Positions 15,001-25,858 of a stretch of 64,000 nt of DNA are shown here, one piece after another. The translations under genes were made by a program, and so were the position numbers. This DNA comes from Balanoglossus misakiensis (taxonomy: Eukaryota; Animalia; Hemichordata). Under the pieces are notes generated by a model that was not told where the DNA came from, did no database searches, and saw nothing but the letters and a program-made list of their open reading frames with translations. The stretch covers positions 7,026,840-7,090,839 of the forward strand of contig CM082594.2 of assembly GCA_040954595.2 (NCBI GenBank), given 5' to 3'. Within the stretch, counting starts at the first letter, position 1; each line of letters begins with the position of its first letter.

Positions 15001-17192
15001 ACAAGATGGCAGTTTCTTTATCTGCCAGGAAGCTTCTGCCTGAGTATTCAGTGGAAATGTGACATCCAGGGGGCGTGGGTCGTTTTTTGAGGAATCATTT
15101 TAACAGCATACGACATGTTGTTGTTGTTTCGGCCTCTGTAATTAAAACATTCGCTTTTTGTCAAAACGCGAAAGAAAAGGGGGAAAAATTCCATAAACTT
15201 TCGTCATCGTGGCATTTACTACCGCTTCACCTGACGGACCTGATTCATGTGACCCCCCCCCCCCCCCCGAACGCTCACAGATCCATGCAAACGATGACGT
15301 GAGTCATTTACAAGATGAAAAAAACATGCCTCTCGTCGCCTGAGTTCGCTTCCCATTTTTTTTGCCGAATCGGCGAATAAAATGTTAACACAAACACTTG
15401 AAATGTGCGATGCCACCACGCGGGTCAACTTGATTGTTGCAGGGTCAACCCCCTCCCTTCCTCTCAATATCAATTGATTCTTTACATTTGGTCTCTTTCG
15501 TCATAGGACGGCTAGCGATTTACAGCTAATGTATAATCTAATTGAAAATGTATTCTCCGGAGCCGTTCGTCATATTACGAGAAATGCAAGTAGTCGGTTT
15601 TTGCCGGTCGCCATAGTGAATGTACTGTAACCTAGTCATCACTCACTTCAATCATAGAAGCTAGAGAAACACGTATCTATGCTTTGACTCCAGCAAAATC
15701 TTGAGTCGTGAATTTATAAATTCGAATGGATTTAAATTAAATGTTAGAAGTCATCAATAAGTTTTGAAGCTGAAATATAACTCTAAGGGAGTCGTGGTAA
15801 TACATGTATTGGGTCAGCGCCACCAAGCGGCTGAAGATTGGTAACATCCCTTTATATTTGATTGAAGCTGTTGATGCTGATTTGTAAAACAAATTGAGGG
15901 GGGTATCACAGGCATTGCCAATCACGACTCAAGAACTGTATTTTTAATTTGGAAAATTGTCTGTCAGGTCGGGATAGAACAAAGCTATGTATCGCAGTTA
16001 ATGACCATAGTTGGTGGGCAGGATGTATCAGATATTCCTTCTCATTGTTTGCAAGATCACCTTCTGGCTGTATAAAAAATTGAGTCGTGATTTGCTTTTT
16101 ACCCGTTGACTAAGCTCGTATAAGTACCGCTTGCGTGGGATACCAGTGGGCGAGTTTTGTTTATGTAACGCTCGCATGCCATACAATGAAACTGTGTCGA
16201 AAATGGCTTCGCCTTCTCGTAAAAATCGTTTTTGATGGAGTGGATGCTTAAATTCTCAATTTTCTTCCACACACCTTCAAGTTGGATGACCCCCCGAAAC
16301 TAAACAGTGGTCATTCCCTGAGTCCGGTGTGCTTTAAACCCAGCCTCTCCATGTGTGGTGGAGGCCCTCGAGTACTCTACGGTCATCACCTTACATATGC
16401 CCATATATGGTCAAAGTGTTTATCGATGTCGTCAAATGACCATGTTTTTTTTTTCACATGTGCCACCCACTGAAAATTTGTGATTACCAGAGACATATAT
16501 ATAATATATATTTCAATTTACTATGGTAATCTTGGTTCAATTCGCAGTTTTTTACAAAGTGTTCAAGGTATCATTTGCATATTCTAAAATACAATAGAAG
16601 AAGCCCACAGGTGCATGGCTGTTCACAACACTATGATGAAATCTACCACATAATCCCCTTCCAATTCTCAGCCCGTGACATTGAGCGTGCGACAGCTTCA
16701 TACAAGGCAAGAAAATTATAACAACCGAGAAATACATCACATTTACGAACACATTTTACTTTTATCGAACAGAAATTTATGATGATAGCTGTCAAAGGTC
16801 ATTGTATTTTAATAAAACACAGGTAGGGTCTATCAAGGCTTAGATTGTCGTCTGTCTGGCGGACATCTCTCATCTTTAGAAATTAATTTAACTGACAACA
16901 ACGCTTCGTTTGATCTAAGTAAACATTATTAAATAAAAAAACCTGCTTTTTTCTCCAGCCTCAGATAGTAGAGGCGGCTCTTGAAGGACCATTATCATTC
17001 TGATAACGATGGTGTCGGAAGAAGCCCTGTTCAGGCAACTTTAATTACGAATCCAATTACTAAAAGCAAACTTTGAGGTGACATCACAATGTACATGTAC
17101 TTTTATGGGAGAACAGTTGGCAATTGTCAGTAGTGCCAGCTTACGTCTCGTCAACTGAGTAGGGACAAACACAAAGTTTCGACAGAGGAGCC

Positions 17193-17290
17193 ATGACGAC
17201 GATGATGGTGATGATGATGATGATTATGATGATGATGATGATGATGTTGGTGGTGGTGGTGGTGGCGGCGACAACGACGATGATGATGAT
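17193..17290. repeat. Compound (GAT)n/(GGT)n trinucleotide microsatellite
   Basis: Read directly. Confidence 0.9.
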
Positions 17291-18234
17291 CAAAAATCAA
17301 CCTATTTTGCACAGTGCACGAATGTTACATCGGGGCAAACTTCCAAATAAGGGGGGACCAAGCTTTTGAGTTTGGCGCCAAAGCTTGATTAAATCATAGG
17401 AGATTTTCGTGTTACCCAAAAGCCATGCGAACTTAAAGATGAGATTTTCACTCAGTGAGCATGGATGTATGAGAGCCGCGTGGTTCTCTGCGTCATGTAA
17501 ATAATACCCTTCGCAAATCGTGCCTTGCCTCGGGATAAAGAATGCTTACGCATAATCACTTCCTCATCTTTTCTTTACCTCCGTGGCAAATAACACATTG
17601 CCGCGAGATCCAGGTCTACATGTATAGTCACTGCCAATTTAACATTGTGCAATCGTGGACATTTATATCAGGGCATTTTTTTTTTGCATTTTTCCCCTGT
17701 TAATAGAAAGGTGAAATTGTAGTGATTGTGGCCCTTTAATAACATGTGCAATGATTACCGCTTTATATTATGCTATACCAGCATGCGAGGACACACAATG
17801 TATACGCCGTTGTGATCACAGAATAATCAGACTTTTTGGCCACATCAGTGGGCATCTAGAGCTCAAGTTCACTATTCAATTTGCTCATTTTACCACAAGT
17901 ATAATATAGGTTATCAGCTCGTTTTGGCTAGTTATATTTTGTGAAACGAAATGGCGAAACAATGAAAAGACGAAACAGCTTAAATGAAGAAGTCAAAAAA
18001 ATTAATCTGCTGAAGCAATATTCCCCTGGAATACACGATTTTTGTGAAAAAACGCGAAATCGGGAACAAATAAACGTATTATGAGTACGTTTTTAGTTTT
18101 AAAGCCAATACATGTACCATATGCATACACTAGTATAATATGAAATCTGACACGGGTGGCGCTCTTCAAAGAAAGCATACAAGCAGCAGTCGAGGTAAGA
18201 CTTACAAGCAAACAGACACATTCGTGATTTCAAA

Positions 18235-21200
18235 ATGGCGGCGCCTATGAAAAACAAAGTCGACTTACGACAGTTGATGAAAAAGCAGCGTACCGAAGTC
18301 ACGTCGACAAGGAAGAGGATTGAGTCGCCCTTAGCAAAATATCCTTTCGTTCTAAATTCATGTCAGAGAATTTTATTTGTCGAATATATGGACCTGGGGA
18401 GTAGGGAGGCAAGTGCTTTTAACCGTATCTTGTTTTTAACGCACGCTGCCTTGGTCATGTGATTTCAGCTAAGAAGGCAAGTACATGTATCAAGGACGTA
18501 CTTTAATGAGCCACTTGTGAATCTCAGTGAATGTCAGTCCCTGTGGTCTGTGGTGACACATATCAGACAACCAGTTTCCTTAACAGGGAGACACATATAA
18601 CAACATTGATCAGTTGGTCTGTGTCGTTTGCAACACGGTTGTGAAGAGTGAGCTGATTTGGCCAGCACATATCCAGGGGAAAAGACACAAAGAGGTAAGT
18701 TAGATGAGAAAAAATCATTCTTTATTATGACATGTGGAGAACATAGCTACAGCAACAGGCACAGACCTAATAATTACAGAAAATTATTGTCAAAGTATGC
18801 AAACATATTTTGGCCTTGATATGCACAAAAGTGTCAAGGCACCGGATGAAAATGTGTTATAAAATACAAACCAGACTGCTCCCCAAATATGAAGAGCGCA
18901 TCATAACAAAAATACATTCAGGCCAGCACGTACATGTACAGTACCCATCATGTGACCAACAAGAAATGCATTAACACTGACATTGACCTTATTTGTGTAT
19001 TTCGATTTAGAATGTGGCTCAACTCAAAGCCAAGACCACACCTAATAGGACAGACACATTTGTCAAGCCGACAACACCACAAGTCATACCCGCCTCATCA
19101 GCATCTGCCAAGAGGAAAAGCGATGCTATTGACGATTCACAAACCTTAGCAAAAAAGCCCAAAGGTATGCTGAATTTCAGTGTGGTTTACATGTATTTAC
19201 ATGTGATTGCTGAATTATGATGAAAACACTTCACTATATTTTGCCTTGATTCAAATGATGTGATTCATTGACAGCGTTTTTGGACTTTTTTCAGATGACA
19301 ACGTTCCAACAAATACAAAGTACAAAGGGTAAGGATTTTGTCTTGCTTGTTCTATCTGTCTGATGATGGGTGCGTGTATGTTTGTGTGAGAGCTTGGGTT
19401 CATGTACGTGTCTCTTTGGCATGGGTTTGTGTGCACATGACCAAACTATAATGGTGAAAGGGTTAATATGAAACACGGTTTAACCATCTGCAACTTTCGA
19501 TTGCCAGCTTGCCCATTGACTTCTTCGATGATGACAGTGACTGTTCAGAAGACGAGGCAGAGGCTCCAATCCCTGTTGCTTCATCAACATCAAAATTACC
19601 AGCAGGTCAGTGAAACTACTAACCAGACAAGGAGTGATTGTGCAAAATTATGTAAATCAATTGGCGTGAAGGTTGTAGAATATTAATATAAAATAAGTCA
19701 TGCTGTATATGAATCAAGCACCCTTTTCAAGTGGTCCAGTTCAAGCTGGTTCAAACTGGTTTTGAACCTGGTCACCATGACACGGTAATGGGAAATAAAG
19801 TCAAATGTGTATCAAATTTAATTTTTGGTAATTCTCTTGGTTATATCCTGTATCAGTATTGATGATATCTACGGTCTCTTCCTTGTCAGATTTCTTTGAC
19901 AGTTCTGTGTCTTCTCAACCCACAACAGAGGAGAGTGCTTCAACGTCAGAAGACAAAGGAACAACAAGGTAAGTTGTGATTAAAACTTGTAAAAAATGTT
20001 CTTGTGGATAAGTTTCCATTATTCTTCAAGACCATTATGAATAGCAACTTTACAAAAAAATTGTCTATCCTGTCTTTTTCGATCACTCAGTGCTGATGCT
20101 GCAGCCAGTATGGCAGAAGCTCTTCCCGAGGGATTTTTTGATGACCCGATCATGGATGCAAAAGTAAGGTGGAGTTTTGAAGATATTTTAATACAGACAA
20201 GAAAGCACACACATGCACACTTCTGTAGCATGGAATTGACACACTGAGCTAATTTATCAGTGAAATGAGAGACACGTGTAAAGTGCTGCGTGTTGTTGTA
20301 AAGAAGATGCAAAAACAGTACCATTATATTATGCTTTTGTAGCAGTAGAGACACTACTCTATTTAATCCTATATTTTGTGGCTCAGTTATTCTGGATGTT
20401 TACTTTCTTTAAGTGATTTATGCAAGGGAATATTCATGTGTTTGACAATATTTTTATTTCAGGTCCGGAAAGTTGAAGTGAAGGATCCCATGACTGAGGA
20501 ATGGGAGAAGTTCAAGAAATCAATTGCAGAGGAAACAAACGTAAGTTCACATCGGTGGCAATAATTAATCAGGAGGGTTCAAGTGTGATGTTTATCATTA
20601 AAGAGATGCAGTAGAAGTTTTGATGAAGCACTGTTCCATCCACAGGGGGGATATGTCCGCCTTTGTCAGAATTTTCGGGGGGATTCCACTCTGGCAAGGG
20701 GGGAATGTAATGTCTCCAACATGCGAGTGACATCATTCTAAGGGGCACTGATCCCCCCCCCCCCTTGACAAATTGCTAGTGGGTGCCAGAATGTCAATAG
20801 AGGGGGGGGGGCGATCCCAGGGCCCTGTCGTGATGAAACACTGTTAAAAAGACTGTTCTTGACTCTGTTTGTGATTATATCTTTTCAGGTATCAGAAGCC
20901 ATTCAGGAGGAAGAGGATGATGAAAGGCAGCGAGAAAGACAGATCGATGAAATTGATGAACAAATGTAAGTTCCTTTAGTTTTCCTTCAGTGTTGAAATA
21001 CCATAGAGGGGACTTGTTGGGGGGTACAGTCTATTCCATTAGCAGTGCCGTGTGTGTTGTTGTCCCCAAGTCTTGTGCATTTAGCCGTCTGGTGCTTTGT
21101 TATCCTCTCGTTAATTCCAAGACCTTGTTGACTGTCACACCCACCATTCCACCCGCTCACAATGGGTGTTTTAGTCTAATACATTGTTTTCAATCTGGCT

Positions 21201-21566
21201 GCTGGAATGTAACACTGTGTTAGAGGGGTGAACAGATAATGGGAGTGGGGCAGTGGGACCGCATCAACTTTCAGTGGTAAATTGGTCGCGTATTTGGTTC
21301 AGTGCAAATATGTCTTGCTCAGTGTCTTGAAAACTCATCTCCCCCCCCCCCCTCTCTCTCTCCCCCTTCATCTTTCATCCCCCCCCCCCTCTGTCTGCAG
21401 ACACTGCCTGCAGAAAGTCGAGAACTTGCGAGACAAAAAGGAGGAGATACGAACAAAGACGACCGTCAAGTCTGGAACAGCCGACGAAGAAGACAGCAGC
21501 AGTGTGACCGAGGAGGCCGAATTTGAGGAGTTTCTCGACTGGCGGAGTAAAGGGGCGTGGCGATAA
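18235..21566 (+). CDS. ZNF830: Zinc finger protein 830 (CCDC16/OMCG1), spliceosome-associated C2H2 (matrin/U1-type) zinc finger protein, 320 aa
   Basis: Manually spliced exons 18235-18338, 18595-18694, 19011-19164, 19295-19328, 19508-19605, 19890-19968, 20091-20163, 20463-20540, 20889-20965, 21401-21566 total 963 nt, are phase-consistent and end in TAA. Hallmarks: [41 protein letters not shown] (zinc finger), ALPEGFFDDPIMDAKVRKV, EEWEKFKKSIAEE, RQIDEIDEQ and C-terminal FLDWRSKG. Confidence 0.95.
18339..18594 (+). other. U12-type (minor spliceosome) AT-AC intron 1 of ZNF830
   Basis: 5' splice site ATATCCTTT at 18339, branch point TTCCTTAAC at 18576-18584, terminal AC at 18593-18594. Removal joins AA|A to restore the conserved ...PLAK-YN... 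frame into the zinc-finger exon. Confidence 0.95.
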
Positions 21567-22964
21567 CACAGATGCTGTAGGACTGTGAAATTATAACACT
21601 CACTAGATGGTGAACATTGGGCGGGCTGATTTTGTATATTATCAATACTGTGGCTGCCTTTTCGCTGGACTGACTTTTTCATTGGGTGGGGGGTGGGGGT
21701 GCATTTTGCTCTCTTTAGTTTCATGTACAGCCATCTTGAGAGGAGTGAAGGGCAGAGTCACCTCTTCTATTTACACCTAACGATAAAGGGTCCCATAGGT
21801 ACCATTTCCATCATGCAAAATTAAGTACACTACAGACTTTTATTTAAAGCAACTTGCCCATATGGCATGCATTTGAGTGTGAATTTTTGTAAAATCTGCC
21901 AATCGGCCATTGTATATACTTACACTATTTTGAAGACAAAGAAACATGTCAGAAAGATAAACTTAGAAAATGCTCATTAAAGATTGGAAGTTTCCGTATC
22001 CAAATATGGGTAACAGACTTTTGGCATCCGTTTGATTGCTGATGAATTGTCTAAACCGTGATTTTTCTGCTGAATTTTAATGCAATTTAAGTTTTAAGTT
22101 CGGGCAAAAAGACTTAATTTTAATAACAGAAATCAAGCAACCGTTTGACCCAATGACACAGCCGAGATACTAGAGGAGCTTGGATCTGTTCAATGTGTGA
22201 TGGAAGTCCACTTAGTTGATAGAAATTGTAAGTAGACTGAACAGGCCACTTTCATGACCCCTGAGTGACCTTACATCCTGATGTTTTTCTTTCAACTGAG
22301 GTTTTATTTTTTATCATTTTTATTGCGTTTTTCTATAAAATCTTGACAAAACCAGAGAGTTGAAATTTGACTTGTATTTTCACTTGCTGTTTTAGGGCAA
22401 TCTGTGGGGAAACAATGGAGCTGTCTTTGAATGGCTGCTGGATCAACAGAAAGAAAAGAGGTTCGGCCGTTGTCTGATTCTGGAAAACCTGAATGTATAT
22501 CAAGAGAGACAAAGCAGTACAGCAAATTAGAAAGTAAGTTAATATCATAATAAAATGTTTATAATAACACGACAGTATCTATGATTATTAACAGACAAAA
22601 ATTCTTTATCCTTGGATGAGTTGTAGTGCACAAAATATTATTTACCAGATAGCATATAGACTATTGTCAGTCTTTTTCGATAGTTGCTACTGTTGTAAAA
22701 CTTACCCTGATTTTGTTTTTTTGCGTTACAGTGAGTGAAGTCCAGGTGAAGTCAACTCAATGCTGGGACGATGGTTTATAGAATCCAAGAGTGTTGTTCA
22801 GGTAAGACTGAATCAGTTTCAATCTTACACACACACACTGGCTCCCACATCCCTTTCTTTGTCTCACTTTCATTAACACAACTGTCAACGTGAAGTCAAC
22901 TCAATGCTGGGACGATGGTTTATAGAGTGCTGTTCAGGTAAACACACACACACACACACACACC

Positions 22965-23600
22965 TGTCTAAGTATAGAGTGAAGCCTGAAAAATTTCTAA
23001 GTGTTTTTAATGTCTAAGTATAGAGTGAAGCCTGAAAAATTTCTAAGTGTTTTTAATGTTTAATTTCCAAGTGTTTTTAATGTTTAAGTATAGAGTGCAG
23101 CCTGAAAAATTTCTAAGTGTTTTTAATATCCAAGTATAGAGTGAAGCCTGAAAAATTTCTAAGTGTTTTTAATGTCTAAGTATAGAGTGAAGCCTGAAAA
23201 ATTTCTAAGTGTTTTTAATAAGTATAGAGTAAAGCCTGAAAAATTTCTAAGTGTTTTTAATAAGTATTGAGTGAAGCCTGAAAATTTTCTAAGTGTTTTT
23301 AATGTTTAATTTCCAAGTGTTTTTAATGTTTAAGTATAGAGTGCAGCCTGAAAAATTTCTAAGTGTTTTTAATGTCCAAGTATAGAGTGAAGCCTGAAAA
23401 ATTTCTAAGTGTTTTTAATGTCTAAGTATAGAGTGAAGCCTGAAAAATTTCTAAGTGTTTTTAATAAGTATAGAGTAAAGCCTGAAAAATTTCTAAGTGT
23501 TTTTAATAAGTATAGAGTGAAGCCTAAAAAATTTCTAAAAAATTTCTAAGTGTTTTTAATAAGTATAGAGTAAAGCCTGAAAAATTTCTAAGTGTTTTTT
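22965..23600. repeat. AT-rich minisatellite, about 13 copies of a 42-46 bp unit (TAAGTATAGAGTGAAGCCTGAAAAATTTCTAAGTGTTTTTAATGTC), with a ~246 bp higher-order duplication
   Basis: Read directly. The variant order (long unit, TGCAG unit, standard, short, TAAAG short) occurs twice, starting near 23017 and 23263. Confidence 0.93.
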
Positions 23601-23807
23601 TTTTTTTTCAAAAAAGCATACACCAAGGATTGAAATTTATTGTATTTTATTTCATTTTCATATTTCATATTTCATATTGAAATTTAACTCGTATTCACTT
23701 GTCGTTTCAGGTCTATCTGTTGAATGGTTGATGACCAATCGAAAGAAGTGGAGTCCAGCCGGGATCTGAAAAGACAAGGCAAGTGTTAGAAAATGCAAGT
23801 TATGTAG

Positions 23808-23881
23808 GGGGCATACACAAGTTTCAAAAATTTTCTAAGTCAAACAAAACTTAGAAAATTTTAGAAACTTGTATATGCCCC
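23808..23881. repeat. Short inverted repeat/hairpin
   Basis: GGGGCATACACAAGTTTCAAAAATTTTCTAAGT...ACTTAGAAAATTTTAGAAACTTGTATATGCCCC. The arms share the AAAAATTT(T)CTAAGT core of the adjacent minisatellite. Confidence 0.85.
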
Positions 23882-24022
23882 AACGTGGTGGTATAGACAA
23901 ATTTCAAATTTTTAGCGTTTCTGACTTAGTTTTTTTTTTTTTGCTTTTTATATGCCATCCCTAGCCCCCACCCTAACCTCCCCATGAGTGTTCAGCAGAC
24001 ACTAATAAAACCCTACCATAAC

Positions 24023-24204
24023 TCTTACTTCAGTTGAGCTAAGTTAAAAAATTTTTTTTTACAAGTGCATTATGGGCATCATAATCTATGCAAGATCTTT
24101 TCAGATGCAAAACATTTTTGCATTTGAAAAGATGATGCATAGATTACGATGCCCGTAATGCACTTGTAAAAAAAATTTTTTAACTTAGCTCAACCGAAGT
24201 AAGA
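24023..24204. repeat. Long near-perfect inverted repeat (about 90 bp arms)
   Basis: TCTTACTTCAGTTGAGCTAAGTTAAAAAA...ACAAGTGCATTATGGGCATC... is paired with ...GATGCCCGTAATGCACTTGT...TTTTTTAACTTAGCTCAACCGAAGTAAGA, centred near 24113. Confidence 0.92.
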
Positions 24205-24787
24205 CACACACACACAATTACATTGCTTAGTTATTCCTCATATTAATGTTAAGTTATTCTCCTAATCAAATTTTATTTTCGTCCTTAGGTGCAGGGAAGT
24301 TGCCATGGACTCGGTTGTACACATCAATTAAGATTTAATGCGGTTTGGGAATCTATAAAGCCTACAATATTTCTAAGTTTTAAATCTCATGACCGACAAA
24401 TTCACACATTCTAGACTACCTTTTATTTCTATTATCGTCAATTCATTACATTGTGATTGTAGTTAAGTAAGCTATGACTTATGAATTAAAATTATGAATT
24501 AAAATTACATTCGCAAGAGAGAGTTTATTTTTCTGAAGTTATCTCGCGCGAGTTTAGACTCTTTACAGGCTCTCTGTTGGCAAGTCCTAAATTACGGAAC
24601 TCTGATCTGTTCTTATCTGCTACTTCAACTGGATCTTTTAAAACTTACTACAGTCAGGTACTATTTTGTCCAAAATGCAAATTCATTGTATTATGCAAGT
24701 TGACCCTACTATCATTATGCACTTTGACCTTACTGTCATATTAATTTGACCTTACAATGTACTGGTATTATGAGGAAAATAGAATCG

Positions 24788-25248
24788 GATTTGAATTTAA
24801 AAATGGCTAACTAATTACGATAAAATTAAAGTAGTGGTTTTCATGTAAAAAGAAAGTGAACACTCGGTTTTCTTTGTTTTTAAACTTTGAATTTCAAGGT
24901 TAGGAGTTGACATTACAATTTACCGGTATCATGAGGAAAATTTTAAGCTAATGCTATTTAGGAAGTAGATCAAAGTCTAACGCTTTTCATCATTTCCTGT
25001 TAACTGTATTAGAGACTAAAATCACTTAAGACATGTGCCTCGAAAATCAAATTTTAAGATTTAATCTGCTGACTGCAAAGTGAGTATCTCCACAGATTTA
25101 AATAAAAATTGAAGATTACTCAAAAAATTTGATTGAGTCAGCCAAATAAAATTGGATTTGAATTTAAAAATGGTAGTGGTTATCATGTAAAAAGAAAGTG
25201 AACACTCGGTTTTCTTCTTTTTTTTTAAACTTTGAATTTAAAGGTTAG
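24788..25248. repeat. Dispersed direct duplication of about 100 bp
   Basis: GGATTTGAATTTAAAAATGG...GTAGTGGTT.TCATGTAAAAAGAAAGTGAACACTCGGTTTTCTT...AAACTTTGAATTT.AAGGTTAGG occurs at about 24788-24904 and 25154-25248. Confidence 0.85.
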
Positions 25249-25675
25249 GTGTTGCGCATATTTTGCTAAATTTACATATTCTGCTTATTTGCATATTCTG
25301 CTTAATTTGCACTTGTGACCTAAACTTGGACAATTAAATTAATACTGTAAAATACAGGGTCACTGTCTAATTTTATGCAACTTGCTAGATTATTTTTAGT
25401 ATTGGCAATCACTAAAATTTGCATATTAAATGAATATTAGTGATATTTCTAGAATTACTGTAATAATTTGATGAAACTGACTTGAGCTAGTTTTTTTAAA
25501 GAAATCTCAATTATTTGTCTAAACGTGCTGATTTGCATTTTAATAGTTATTAAATAGGAATATTAATCTTAAATTTTTGACTTAATTTGATAAAATTTGC
25601 AATGTGATGGTAATTTGTTATACATCAAATTTCTGATTTTTTTACCACTATCAGTTTAGATTAAAACTACATACA

Positions 25676-25858
25676 TCTCCAGGGATGGTCATATAAGATG
25701 ACCACTCACTGTTACTTCATTTGGCTATCCAGACAACCTCGCAACAGCCACAGAGATCATTACAACCTCTGGGGATGGTCCAATATAAGAGGACCATGCA
25801 CCAAGACTGTTACTTCATGTGGCTATCCAGACAACCTCGCAACAGCCGCAGAGATCAG
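25676..25858. repeat. Two-copy direct repeat of about 90 bp
   Basis: GGGATGGTC..ATATAAGA.GACCA...CTGTTACTTCAT.TGGCTATCCAGACAACCTCGCAACAGCC.CAGAGATCA occurs twice. Confidence 0.9.

Noticed and set aside
852-18211. Dozens of 60-120 aa ORFs in the left flank
   Set aside because: No recognisable domains and no consistent exon chain. Many start at non-ATG codons and lengths are as expected by chance.
18235-18462. 75 aa single-exon ORF as a standalone gene
   Set aside because: It is ZNF830 exon 1 read through into the AT-AC intron.
20621-20845. G/C-run segment flanked by TGATGAA(G/A)CACTGTT direct repeats, considered as a snoRNA or G-quadruplex element
   Set aside because: No convincing C/D architecture. 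More likely a decayed MITE fragment whose boundaries cannot be defined.
22965-23600. CRISPR-like appearance of regularly spaced repeats
   Set aside because: There are no unique spacers and no cas genes, and the context is eukaryotic. It is a head-to-tail minisatellite.
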